Virus record (IMG/VR): IMGVR_UViG_3300037882_002350
Span: 18,999-82,998 of that record
Direction: 5' to 3' (one strand)
From: a virus
Lineage: Duplodnaviria > Heunggongvirae > Uroviricota > Caudoviricetes
Length of the DNA stretch: 64,000 bases
A program made the translations under genes and the position numbers. The notes beneath the pieces were generated by a model, which was given only the letters and a program-made list of their open reading frames with translations, did no database searches and was not told where the DNA came from. Of the stretch, positions 30,511 to 40,867 are shown one piece after another. Within the stretch, counting starts at the first letter, position 1; the number at the start of each line of letters is the position of its first letter.

Positions 30511-30701
30511 TTGAAATAATTAAGACTGTTGGAATAGGATTAGTAGCTATTTTAGTAGCGCTACTGGGAACGGCCTGTTTATTTGCGGCTATTTATTTTT
30601 TAAGTACTACGCTTGTACTACAGGTAATTTTCTGGTCAGTGCTTTTTTCTTTTGCTTGTTATATAATTGGTGTATACATTAAAGAGGAGTACTATCTGTG
30701 A
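30507..30701 (+). CDS. small transmembrane protein
   Basis: 64 aa with two hydrophobic helices, start-stop coupled to neighbours. Confidence 0.35.
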   Translation: MIEIIKTVGIGLVAILVALLGTACLFAAIYFLSTTLVLQVIFWSVLFSFACYIIGVYIKEEYYL

Positions 30702-30938
30702 AATATTTGGTAGTTATAGACCACGGATACCACGATATAGGTACTTATGAATTTGAAAAAATTGATAGCCATCTTCTGGAGTTACTAAGTGATAACGTAG
30801 TTGATGTAGAATACTTTGTTTCTGTAAAAGAAGAGCTAAATGTCACAGAATTTCTAGCGCAACACTATAATGCTCTAATAGAAATCAATGAAGCTATTCG
30901 CGGACGTGCACTAGCAAAACTAACACAGGAAGAAAAAG

Positions 30939-31274
30939 ATGCGCTTGGATTGTGAGGTTTGTGGGCGGTCTCCCACACTAGGCGTAGCCTCCTCGTGTCT
31001 AGGAGCAATAAGCTTTGCTTTTTGTAAGGAGTGTTTAGATGAACAAGCCGAACCAGAATTTATGCTTGGGTTTATCTGGGACTCCTGTGATGGTAACGTG
31101 GCTGAATGGGTTAAACAAATTAAAACTTATGTGAATGGTAAATACATCACATGGGATGAGTTCGAAGCCGATGCTCTAGCAAATCCGGATAAATGGAAAT
31201 ATGACCCGCCGGAGCCAGAAAACTACGACGACCTAGAACCTATAGACCTAGATTTTGGGGAGGTTTATCCTTAA
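30939..31274 (+). CDS. Cys-rich (zinc-ribbon-like) hypothetical protein
   Basis: CEVCG...C..C..CKEC arrangement. 111 aa. Confidence 0.3.
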   Translation: MRLDCEVCGRSPTLGVASSCLGAISFAFCKECLDEQAEPEFMLGFIWDSCDGNVAEWVKQIKTYVNGKYITWDEFEADALANPDKWKYDPPEPENYDDLEPIDLDFGEVYP

Positions 31275-31357
31275 AATGGACCAAGAAATAATTGAACATA
31301 ACCTTCAAGTACTGCTAAGACAGTTGGTTTCTTACATGAACGAACTAGAGTACTTAG

Positions 31358-31669
31358 ATGAAAAGCCGCGGCAGCTTTATGAAGCTACAGGCTGCTCTGA
31401 CTGGTTGTCTTTATCAACTAAAGAGAAGGCGGTGTGGCGTGGGAAGTGCTGAATTTAGGTGTCAAGTTTGTGGCCATATTATAAATGTGACTTTAGGAGA
31501 GTTAGCTTATTACACTTTTAATGGGGAGCTATATAATGGTTCCTGTGGCCATAGTAATACGATGACAGTAACAGAATTAACGCAAGTAACACTCTCAGCG
31601 ATCGAAAACATTCAAGAACAATTAACAAGATTGGAAACTATTAATGTTCACACACAACCCGCTATCTAG
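31358..31669 (+). CDS. zinc-ribbon hypothetical protein
   Basis: CQVCGH ... CGH motifs. 103 aa. Confidence 0.3.
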   Translation: MKSRGSFMKLQAALTGCLYQLKRRRCGVGSAEFRCQVCGHIINVTLGELAYYTFNGELYNGSCGHSNTMTVTELTQVTLSAIENIQEQLTRLETINVHTQPAI

Positions 31670-33150
31670 AGCATTAGGACTAGAGAACTCATTCACTTAC
31701 CAGGATTATTTGTACGAACTATTGGCGGACGGATCTTCTCAGAAGCCTGTAACAGAGCAACAATGGGAAATGCTTTGCGTCATTATAGGAAAACGTAAGT
31801 TAGTGTACGCCAGCACTTCTAGTAATATGATTCGTTGCTTAGATAAAGCTTAAAATAGTTCTTGCTATTCAAGCTGTTTTGTTTTATATTTCAGTTTGAA
31901 AGTGAGAAAAAGATGGAAGATTTACTTAACAAATACGACGAACTACACAGACAATTAGGTGAAACTTATGGGGCTCATACAGGTCATGGTGTAGCTAGTC
32001 GCTCAGCTGTAGGTTTGCATAAACTACGTCATGATATCTGCACTGAAATGCGTGAAGTTCGAAACGAAATCTTAGAGTATGGAAAGTCTTATAATGTTTG
32101 AATGTTCTTACGGTGAGATTAAATGTATATGGTTTAATGGACCACCTAGGCCAGAATACTATTTTGTATGGAAGCCGGAAGTTAGCGCATGGTGTGTAGA
32201 AAATCTTAATTATATTCCACGAGTAAAACCACATATAATATTCTTTTTCACTAGAGAAGATTATAAGAAATTTAATGCAGTATGGTCCATCAATTTTCTA
32301 ACAGAAGTAAAAATCAAATCTGAAATGGGTTGGTTTGAGAGATTTTGGTACAAAGGATTTTTTTAATGCGAGTTGTGCATACTAATTACGAATATGTGGG
32401 ATTTCGTTATGAAATTCTGCAAGACGTCGATGGTAGGTTTTATGCTAATCCCTGTCGTGAGCAACATAAAGCAGCCTATAAAGAAGCACACTGTCAAAGT
32501 GCCGCTGAACAATTTACTGAGGACTATGAGTGGGTTCAAAAATTATGAATGACGAATTATTCGAGGCTTCATTAGTTTTTCTTTTGGTTCTACATTTTAT
32601 TTTCTGGCTAGCTAGCGGGCAAATGATCTATTTAGTTTCACCTACTATAATCATTGCGATTTGCTTAGTTGTAAAGTATAGGGATTTAAATAGTGAATAG
32701 AACTGATATTTTGTGTTTAGTTACCTTGTTTATTGGACTTTGTAACATGTTCATGTGGGTCTTAGGCGGGCTTTCATTGAACTTATTTGTGGGGGTATCA
32801 ACAATATTGATATGTTCTGATTATATAATATGTAGGATTTTGTTGGATTATGAGTAAAGATTTATGTTTATTAATACTTTTTTCTTTCTTTAACACATTA
32901 TGCACTGTGGTTGTATTATGACCTCTTTATGAGCTTATTAGTAAGCCTAGGCGTACTAATAATCACAATATCCTATATGTATTTTGAGGGTTTTTATGAT
33001 GTATAAATTAATTGTTTTACTTAATGTGATTTCTGCTGTACTTAACTTTGTAGTAGGTTCAGTAAATCCTATGGATGTTCATTTCGTTACGGGTATACTT
33101 AATATCTTTGTGGCTATAATCTTTATGATACTTACTTTAAGCGAGGAAGA

Positions 33151-33390
33151 TTGGTAATGTTAATTTTTGCTTCAATTTTAGGTTATTTACTTGTAGGGTA
33201 TTTAACCGCAATGGTTACGTGGATAAGAGCCTATACGTACGACCGATTTTTCGATAATCCGGAGCCCACTTTTATGGGGGTACTTTGGCCTATTAGTATA
33301 CCTTTGGCTATCTTTATTAGTGGAGTCTCAAAATTTGCCCCTCTACACAAAAACATTGAAACTAATTTAAGGAAGATTTTAATTAAATGA
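33151..33390 (+). CDS. small transmembrane protein (member of micropeptide run)
   Basis: 79 aa, two TM helices. One of about nine consecutive hydrophobic small ORFs between 32546 and 33751. Confidence 0.35.
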   Translation: MVMLIFASILGYLLVGYLTAMVTWIRAYTYDRFFDNPEPTFMGVLWPISIPLAIFISGVSKFAPLHKNIETNLRKILIK

Positions 33391-33581
33391 AAGCAATAAT
33401 TATAGACGCTATCCTTAATATAGGAATAGCACTACTAACTTTAATACTTACTTTTAGTATTGTAGCTGGTTTTACTTGGTTTGTAACTTCAGTACCTTAT
33501 GTAGGTCTAGCAATACTAATACTTGTGGCCTTAGCTTTTTTGGCGGCTTTTGGTCATTTTCTTAGAGAAGGTGGCTTTTAA
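33387..33581 (+). CDS. small transmembrane protein (member of micropeptide run)
   Basis: 64 aa, two TM helices. Overlapping start and stop with neighbours. Confidence 0.35.
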   Translation: MKAIIIDAILNIGIALLTLILTFSIVAGFTWFVTSVPYVGLAILILVALAFLAAFGHFLREGGF

Positions 33582-33754
33582 TGAGGCAGTTTTTTGTATT
33601 TTTACTGATAATACTAATTCTTGTAACTATAGCTTTGGCAGCGGCGTTCGGCTACGGTAAAATCATAGGTATAGTACTATTAATTATTCTCGTGTTTATT
33701 CTTGCATGCGCTTTATGGGATATTGCTGGAGATATTGCTGAAAAGAGATAAGAT

Positions 33755-34348
33755 GTGTTAGAAGCCAAAGAATTTGTTGAATATATGAATAAACAAACTG
33801 GTCCAAACTATGATAAATGTTTGGACCAGTTACGCTTGTTGGGTGAAGCTGAAATTCGCAGTTCTAGCGTATTAGAACCCACCCCCAGTATCTCACTGAC
33901 CTTTAAGGCTTATCATAAGTGGCTTAAAAAACAAATAAAACCTTCTCTTATTGATAGAGGCTTTGGATATTTTGGTAATCCCGAAGACAAATCTTATAAA
34001 TTCGAAACAGATAAGAAAATTTTGGTAGCAGAATTAGAACAATACCGAAATCACAGAGACTTATTATCCAAACACTTCCACAGACTAGCTATGATGAATT
34101 TGGTTGCAACTTGTCTGCTAGAATGCGGGCCAGATAAAGTAGGCTATGTAATTGTAGAAAAAATCATACGAGAAAGAAAAGCTAGATTAACGGAGCATAA
34201 AACAGTTATTATGCAAGCTATTTTAGGAACAGAGATTTTAATTGATAACATTGAGACGACTATAAGTCTTATAGGTTATTATTCACATACACATACTTTT
34301 GCTAAAAAAGTGAATGCTTCAGTAAAGAGAGTAAAAAATGAAATGTAG
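33755..34348 (+). CDS. hypothetical early protein
   Basis: 197-aa ORF. Confidence 0.35.
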   Translation: MLEAKEFVEYMNKQTGPNYDKCLDQLRLLGEAEIRSSSVLEPTPSISLTFKAYHKWLKKQIKPSLIDRGFGYFGNPEDKSYKFETDKKILVAELEQYRNHRDLLSKHFHRLAMMNLVATCLLECGPDKVGYVIVEKIIRERKARLTEHKTVIMQAILGTEILIDNIETTISLIGYYSHTHTFAKKVNASVKRVKNEM

Positions 34349-34679
34349 AGAAGAGATAATCGCGAGCGGAGCATCTTTAGTACCTAGAAGCTGCCCTACT
34401 TGTAAATTTGGACCATGTCGACTGAATAAAGAAGATTATATGACCTATAATTATGGCGTTATTGTTAAGGACTTTTATCAAGTAGAAGATGATTATACTC
34501 CAGGAATTTATACCCCTGTATACTATCAAACTATATTAACTTTTACAACCAAAGAAGAATTAATTGAATGGATAGAACGTAACAATACTTTATTGTCGAA
34601 ACAGAATGTTGTCAAATGCATTAAATTTACTGAATTGACTGTAAAGCACGAAATAACATTAGAAGATGCAAAGGTCTAA
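34338..34679 (+). CDS. hypothetical early protein
   Basis: 113-aa ORF with N-terminal Cys pairs (CPTCKFGPC). Confidence 0.3.
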   Translation: MKCREEIIASGASLVPRSCPTCKFGPCRLNKEDYMTYNYGVIVKDFYQVEDDYTPGIYTPVYYQTILTFTTKEELIEWIERNNTLLSKQNVVKCIKFTELTVKHEITLEDAKV

Positions 34680-34840
34680 GTGCCACAAGTGTGGCCAAGA
34701 AGATGTAATCTACGTTACAGAACACGGCCAAACCACTATAAAAGAAAAGATATATTGGACTAATTACTTTGGTAATCAAGAAGAGTTAGTGGACCATAAG
34801 TGCCACTTAGGTATAAAAGCTAAATTTAAGGAAATTAAAA

Positions 34841-35269
34841 ATGTCACCTGAGCTTGTATTATTAATGCTAATTTTTCTAGTTATGCTAATAACCAGCTTT
34901 TTAGTTATACCTATTGAAAAGTATTCCCATTTCTTTGACAGAATTACTAGAGGTAAGCTGCGTAAAGATCATGAAACACTAAAAATGGCTATTGACCACT
35001 TAAAGAACTATCCAGAAGAATGGTCTATTAGCAGAACTTCAGTAAATTTTCCTAAAGAAGGCTTAAAACGAATTGTTTTCAATTTAGATAGAAGTACTGG
35101 ATGGGAGTATAATATGCCAGCTTTTGGTAACTTCAGGCCTCTAAACGGCCACTTTGAAGCATGTTTAGAAGAGATTATTAAGAAAGAATGTTCTATTCAA
35201 GAACGAGAAGCCCTTTTTAGAGCATTCCACCCAGAATTAAACAACCTGTTACTTACTAAAAGGGCTTAA
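34841..35269 (+). CDS. membrane-anchored hypothetical protein
   Basis: 142 aa with an N-terminal TM helix. Confidence 0.3.
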   Translation: MSPELVLLMLIFLVMLITSFLVIPIEKYSHFFDRITRGKLRKDHETLKMAIDHLKNYPEEWSISRTSVNFPKEGLKRIVFNLDRSTGWEYNMPAFGNFRPLNGHFEACLEEIIKKECSIQEREALFRAFHPELNNLLLTKRA

Positions 35270-35270
35270 G

Positions 35271-35864
35271 ATGATCGAATTTGGTGTCCTACTTATACTT
35301 GTTGTGGCTGGTATTATGAGCTACCTAGATTTATCTTCTCGTACTTACCAGCTTGCAATAGATCCCCAGAGCTTTCCCCCACCTCACAAACCTGCCGTTG
35401 AATTGATTTTAGAATTACTACGTGTAGAGCCACAAAATTGGAAAAATACAACACAGTATGTTATACATGATGGTTTAAATATAAAAGTATTTAAAGAAAC
35501 TAATTCTTATTCAGCTGAAATAACTATATTTATAGATAACGTAGAGTTAGTAGATATTACAGTAAGTGAACAAAATAGCTTAGGTAAAGCTATTAGAAAG
35601 TTTGAAATAGATAAGAAACAGACTCATAATGAAGAACTCACTAAAAAACTCGCGAAACAAATTCTCGAACGAGAACAAAGCATTTTGGCTCAATCTGAAT
35701 TGGGAGGAAGCAGAGAAGCAAAATCTTCTGCCGTGGCAAGTACCACCCTTAAACTCACAGACGAAACCGGAAACGAGATTATTACAGATTTGTCACTCCA
35801 TTCTCTCTTGAAGAAGGAACAGTCATATGACTATTTACAATACAGTAAAAAAAGAAATTATTAA
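35271..35864 (+). CDS. membrane-anchored hypothetical protein
   Basis: 197 aa with an N-terminal TM helix. Confidence 0.3.
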   Translation: MIEFGVLLILVVAGIMSYLDLSSRTYQLAIDPQSFPPPHKPAVELILELLRVEPQNWKNTTQYVIHDGLNIKVFKETNSYSAEITIFIDNVELVDITVSEQNSLGKAIRKFEIDKKQTHNEELTKKLAKQILEREQSILAQSELGGSREAKSSAVASTTLKLTDETGNEIITDLSLHSLLKKEQSYDYLQYSKKRNY

Positions 35865-36057
35865 ATATAAGGCCGCAGTAGTTAGTAGCTACTGTGAGCA
35901 ATATGACTGCAGCGATAGATGGAGAAGTATAGATAGCTATGTATACTATTGCGTAGTTATGATTTTGCTTATTTTAGTAACTGCGGTTCTAGTTTAAAAA
36001 TAAATCTTGACTTTTAAGCTTAAAAAGCGTATTTTCTTAAAAGATAAGGAAATAACG

Positions 36058-36327
36058 ATGAATGACGAATTAAGAAATAAATTTGTTAAAATCTTTCAAC
36101 AAGTAGACGGAGGCTCGTCTACACATATGGAAGCTATGATTGATGATGCTATTGAGAACGGTATCATCACTAGAAACGATTTTGATGATAACGAATTAGA
36201 AGTTTGTGGTATTTTCGATAATGACTGGTTCACATGTCTAGGCTGTGACTGGATTTTACCTATCGAAGACCAAGATGAACGCGGTGAATGGCACTGCAAA
36301 CAATGTATGGATGAAGAATATGGATAA
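36058..36327 (+). CDS. Cys-rich hypothetical protein
   Basis: RBS aaggaaataacgATG. C-terminal CLGCDW...CKQC pattern. Confidence 0.35.
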   Translation: MNDELRNKFVKIFQQVDGGSSTHMEAMIDDAIENGIITRNDFDDNELEVCGIFDNDWFTCLGCDWILPIEDQDERGEWHCKQCMDEEYG

Positions 36328-36393
36328 TCAAGGAACCTTTTGGTTTGGATTTGTAACTCTAGCGGCGGTATTTTTATATGCACTGGTGTCAGC

Positions 36394-36822
36394 ATGATTT
36401 TAAAAATGTATGCTATTTTTGCGCGAGAAACTCTTAAACAAATGCAGTTTGAGGGTAAGCTTGCTGCGCAAGCGGGTCACGCCTTTCTACATGCTTGGTG
36501 GGATGCAGAAAACCGTCTTGAAATAAACGGACACCATTATTCTGATTATTATAGGGACGTAATGCTTCCTTATAAAAACGGAAATGATGCCCGTAAAATC
36601 ACCTTAGTTGTAGATACTGTCGACGAGCTAGAGGAACTGTACTATAAATTCCGTCCCCATATGGGAGCAACTCTTGTAGAAGACTGTGGTTATACGGTTT
36701 TTGATGAACCAACAATAACAGCTGTTGGACTCGGTCCAATTCCTAGTGACTGGACTATAGGTACGTCTTTATCTGACTTACCTACACTACAAAATGAAAT
36801 TCATGGAGAAAAATATGTTTAA
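36394..36822 (+). CDS. PTH2-family peptidyl-tRNA hydrolase-like protein
   Basis: KLAAQAGHAFLHAW matches the PTH2 catalytic motif (KIAAQCSHA...). TLVVDT..EL and TLVEDCGYTVF..PTITAVGLGP correspond to conserved PTH2 strands. Confidence 0.45.
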   Translation: MILKMYAIFARETLKQMQFEGKLAAQAGHAFLHAWWDAENRLEINGHHYSDYYRDVMLPYKNGNDARKITLVVDTVDELEELYYKFRPHMGATLVEDCGYTVFDEPTITAVGLGPIPSDWTIGTSLSDLPTLQNEIHGEKYV

Positions 36823-37144
36823 GAAAATTGTTTCAGTTTTAGCTTTGGGACTCTCACTATCTGCTTGTGGTCAATTAAATAAAGAAACTCACACATTTAC
36901 AGTAGACTCTAAGGAACGTAAATGTGATAGCGCGGGTGAAACTACAGATTGCTATTACGTAGTTTACGGCACAGGTGGTGAGGTTTTTGAAAACCGTGAC
37001 GACCTGTTGAACGCTAAATTTAATAGTGGTACTTTACAAGCTAAATTTAAAGTTGGAAGCACTTACACAGTTAGAACTACTGGCTGGCGTAACGAGTTTC
37101 TCTCTATGCAACCCAATATTATTGAGGTAAAATTTGTTAAGTAA
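36794..37144 (+). CDS. lipoprotein
   Basis: Signal peptide with lipobox LSLSAC. 116 aa. The true start may be the ATG at 36815. Confidence 0.4.
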   Translation: MKFMEKNMFKKIVSVLALGLSLSACGQLNKETHTFTVDSKERKCDSAGETTDCYYVVYGTGGEVFENRDDLLNAKFNSGTLQAKFKVGSTYTVRTTGWRNEFLSMQPNIIEVKFVK

Positions 37145-37288
37145 TATCCTATCTCTGCTTATATTTAGAGCAAAGATGCTTTTGACAACCAACCCGTTTG
37201 CCCCAATTGCGTTCGTTCATCGAACAAGAGAGGGGCACGTCTGGCAAATTGTAGTTAGCAGAGTTCCCGAACTGGAGAAACAAGTAGC

Positions 37289-37585
37289 ATGAAAATAAGT
37301 AAAGAAGCTAGGCAGTATGCTTGGTATTATAATGATTTTCATTGTGTGCCGGATAGAGAAATGCGTGAAGGCTGGTTTTCGGGAAAATACGATAATCATC
37401 CACAAGGTGGAGCAATACGTTTATTTGCAAAATTTGAAACAAAAATACGAGAAGACGAACGCATAGCGGCAGAACAACGCGGCATGGAACGGGCTGCGGT
37501 GATTGCGGAGGGTCTTTCATCGCCTGAACAGTATCACGACATCGCCGCTGCAATACGCAACGCAAAGGAGGCGAATGATGGATAA
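37289..37585 (+). CDS. hypothetical protein (GC-rich island)
   Basis: 98-aa ORF. Local GC is about 55%, against about 38% in the flanks. Confidence 0.35.
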   Translation: MKISKEARQYAWYYNDFHCVPDREMREGWFSGKYDNHPQGGAIRLFAKFETKIREDERIAAEQRGMERAAVIAEGLSSPEQYHDIAAAIRNAKEANDG

Positions 37586-37853
37586 GGAAAAAGTTGCTCG
37601 TGATATTGTCGCCAAACACTATCCCGAAATGAAGCCGTCATACAAAGGACGTAGACTGACAATAGCGCAGGAAGCGTATGCATCCGGACAGAAAACCGCC
37701 TACGCGCCCGACCGGATAACGCCGGAAGTGGTGGAGGCTGCGGCTAGGGCGATAAGCCTGAATACAACGATGACAGAGGATAATTGGCCGAACTTTGTAG
37801 GGGCCGCCAAAGCCGCGCTCCTTGCAGCGTTTGCGACGTTGGGAGGTGTGTGA
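37578..37853 (+). CDS. hypothetical protein (GC-rich island)
   Basis: RBS aaggaggcgaATG. 91 aa. Confidence 0.35.
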   Translation: MDKEKVARDIVAKHYPEMKPSYKGRRLTIAQEAYASGQKTAYAPDRITPEVVEAAARAISLNTTMTEDNWPNFVGAAKAALLAAFATLGGV

Positions 37854-37974
37854 TGGAATACATAATATACGTAATAATTGCCGGAGCGTGCTGCACCTGT
37901 TTTGCTCTTGGCGTGTTTTGTGAACGCGGGAAACCGAGCCGTCACTTTTGCATCCGTTGCCAGAGTAAATTGCC

Positions 37975-38340
37975 ATGACAACACTATCAACCCGCCTAGC
38001 AGCGGCAACGCAACTAACGCCCGAACTCCGCGAAGAAATGGCGCGGCTTTGCGGGTGGTCGTGGGAAAAAGCAATTCCAGTAGGACAAGGAAGCTGCGCT
38101 AGTGGGTGGGTACGCGACAAAGATGTGCAGTGGACATTGCCCAAGCTCGACCTCACCGAGATAGTGGCAGAGAACGACCGGCGCGGGTGGGATAGCAGCC
38201 ATGATACGGCATTCGGCCAATGTCAATTTAGAGTGGCAACCGGCTGCAAACTACATCGCGCCAGCCGCCCCGACCGCAACATCCAGCTATGCGCTATGAC
38301 TGCGCTGGCGATGGCTTTGGAGAACACGAATGCAGAATGA
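37975..38340 (+). CDS. hypothetical protein (GC-rich island)
   Basis: 121-aa ORF. The ORFs in the island overlap start to stop. Confidence 0.35.
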   Translation: MTTLSTRLAAATQLTPELREEMARLCGWSWEKAIPVGQGSCASGWVRDKDVQWTLPKLDLTEIVAENDRRGWDSSHDTAFGQCQFRVATGCKLHRASRPDRNIQLCAMTALAMALENTNAE

Positions 38341-38659
38341 CCTTACACAAGCTGAATTGAGTAAGCCGGACGTTGCACAAGCGGATTGCGCCTCAACCTT
38401 CGCCCATATCCGTGAACAGGCTGGCGAAGAAAGCACATGGGATGGGTTGCCGCGCCAGATAATGATGTGGCTGGACATGGAACCAAAGACGCCTGATACA
38501 CTATTCAAACACCTAGAACGCAGCGGCTATGAAATTCCGCAATGGTTGCTTGATGAACCTGAAATGCGTCAACGCGACCATGTGCCAAGTAAAGGGACGC
38601 GATGCGTTATCCTGTTTCGCGCCATGCTCGACCAGATCGAAAGGACAACCAATGACTGA
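38330..38659 (+). CDS. hypothetical protein (GC-rich island)
   Basis: 109-aa ORF. Confidence 0.35.
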   Translation: MQNDLTQAELSKPDVAQADCASTFAHIREQAGEESTWDGLPRQIMMWLDMEPKTPDTLFKHLERSGYEIPQWLLDEPEMRQRDHVPSKGTRCVILFRAMLDQIERTTND

Positions 38660-39014
38660 CCGCCAACTATCACAAAACGCCGTTATTGCGGCTATCTCGG
38701 TTGTTGGGTGCCAGAGGTTGGAAAACCTCGGCATCCGCGAAGATGACGCGGCCTACAATCAGGCGCTCGAACACGCCATAGCAGCCGTTAAAGCACTGCC
38801 GGAGGTGTCTTTTCGCCCGACAGTGGAGAACTATCTGAAAAAGCGAGTCGCGGAATTAGAGGCTGAATTGTTGTCCCGCAACTTTGCGTTTGATATACTT
38901 ATGCAACAGTCTGACGAATTCGCTAGAACGATGAACCAAAAGACAGACCGGATTTTAGCTCTAGTGAAAAATCACTTTCCAGACAGCCCACCGGAGGCGA
39001 ATGATGGACAGTGA
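38652..39014 (+). CDS. hypothetical protein (GC-rich island)
   Basis: RBS aaaggacaaccaATG. 120 aa. The longer listed ORF 38529..39014 is an upstream in-frame extension. Confidence 0.35.
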   Translation: MTDRQLSQNAVIAAISVVGCQRLENLGIREDDAAYNQALEHAIAAVKALPEVSFRPTVENYLKKRVAELEAELLSRNFAFDILMQQSDEFARTMNQKTDRILALVKNHFPDSPPEANDGQ

Positions 39015-39764
39015 AGACCGCTGCGAAATAGCCCGTATGGTCGCAGAGTGGAGAGCGTTCAAACGCGCTTTCTGGCTTGGTTTTACTGGCAAGAGATTGG
39101 AAGATTATGATGGACAATAAGGAACTGATAGCGCAACTTGCCGCTTACTCGGATGACGGCACTTTCCGCACCCGCCTGCTAAAGAAAGCCGCCCAAGCCC
39201 TTGCCGCACAGGATGCGCGTATTGTTGAACTGTAAGCAGAGATTGAACAAGCTAAAACTTCTGCCAAAACAGACCAGCAATTCTATAGTGCGCTTAGTGA
39301 CGTTTTGATTGCGCATATTGCTAAACTGGAGAATAATAATGCAGATAATTAACTTGGACGGTTTACAAAATTTACGTTTTGCTCTTGATGACGTAATAGG
39401 TTATTTAACAGATAATAGTTGCAGCGACCCTGACTGCTGTGGTGGACCTTTCTACGAACTAGAAGAGTACGAATCAGGCTTAAAAATACTTCAACATTAT
39501 GGATTAAAATATGAAATCTGAATTTAAAATGTCAAAAATTGATATTCAAATAGCTATAGTTGAATACTTTGAAAAACGAGGTATTACAATTGAGCCTAAG
39601 CAAGTTAATCTAAAAGGGTCTCCTCAATATGACTTTAGGGGTGAGCCTGTGCTAAGCACTTATGACATATCTGCAACAGTTGAAGTTAGTCACACTTTTT
39701 TTCAAAGATATTAAAATTGCTTCTTGACTATCTTGGTTATCTACATTATAATTATGGAAATTAA

Positions 39765-40154
39765 ATGAGAATTATCGGACCTAAAAAACTAACCAAACGT
39801 GCTGAATTTGTAGCAAATTTACTAGACATAAAACCAGCAATAACTCTTTCTTGGGCTAAAGAAGAAGGTGACTTTTCATATTGTATAGAGAACGATGATG
39901 CTTCTTTTAATATGGAAATTCAAAAGTGGTTAAAGGGCGAAGATTTAATTAAAACTATCGGACATGAAATGGTCCACGTTTGGCAACACAAACGAGGAGA
40001 CCTTGTCTCCTTTCATAACGAATTTCGTTGGTTTTGGAAAGGTCAGATGTACGTAGGTACTGAAAATAATATGGAAGAATACTTTCTCAGGCCTTGGGAA
40101 TTAGAAGCTAGAGCCTTAGAGGATTGGATAGCGTGGCGGTGGAGAAATAGATGA
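39765..40154 (+). CDS. SprT-like HExxH zinc-metallopeptidase domain protein
   Basis: HEMVHVWQH motif. Paralogue of 21496..21894. Confidence 0.4.
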   Translation: MRIIGPKKLTKRAEFVANLLDIKPAITLSWAKEEGDFSYCIENDDASFNMEIQKWLKGEDLIKTIGHEMVHVWQHKRGDLVSFHNEFRWFWKGQMYVGTENNMEEYFLRPWELEARALEDWIAWRWRNR

Positions 40155-40867
40155 GCTATAGTGAAGAATTAACTCAAGAAATTATAGAAGAATATAAGGC
40201 TAATCCTTGTCGAAAAACTGTAGACCAAATTTCAGAAAGAATAGACAAGTCTGTTCGTTCAGTTATAGCTAAACTATCAAGTGCTGGAGTTTATCAAACA
40301 CCGCAACGCACAACTAAAACTGGTGATGCCATCGTGAAGAAGGAAGAACTGGTTAGAGACATTTGCACATGGTTAGGTGTTGAAGCCCCTACACTTGCAA
40401 AAACAGGTAAGTTAGACTTACAAAAAATACATAAAGCAATGCATGACTTACTGTCAGAGATTGATTGATGCGTAAGCCTTCAATGAAACAAGCTGAATGG
40501 ATTGCAAACCAAATGGATGATGCAAATGCTGATGACGTATTTGACGTCCTTTTAGGTACTATAACAGAGCCTAGCTATTTCGTAAAAGAAGTGGAAGAAT
40601 GGGCAAAAGAATATGAATTAGATTTTAGGAGACATAATGTCGGATAAGTTAAATTGGATGAAAGAACAACTAGAAGAAGACGGTTGGGGCGAGTTAAATA
40701 TTGAAGATATTAAAGCAATTTTAGATGGTGCTGTGGAAGATTTCGAAGATACTCTAGTTGACTGTGTTTTGGAGTTAGAGTCCGAATGGGCTACAGACGG
40801 GAACATTTAATATAGTTCTTGACTTCTTTGGTCTTCTTAGGTACAATGAGTCATCAAAGGAGACAAT

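Noticed and set aside
37638-38734. Multiple overlapping minus-strand ORFs (37638..38156, 37700..38074, 38014..38226, 38287..38508, 38513..38734) and plus 37784..37978, 37878..38102
   Set aside because: These are artefacts of the 55% GC island, where stop codons are rare in all frames. The co-directional, RBS-preceded, start-stop-coupled plus-strand set explains the region better.
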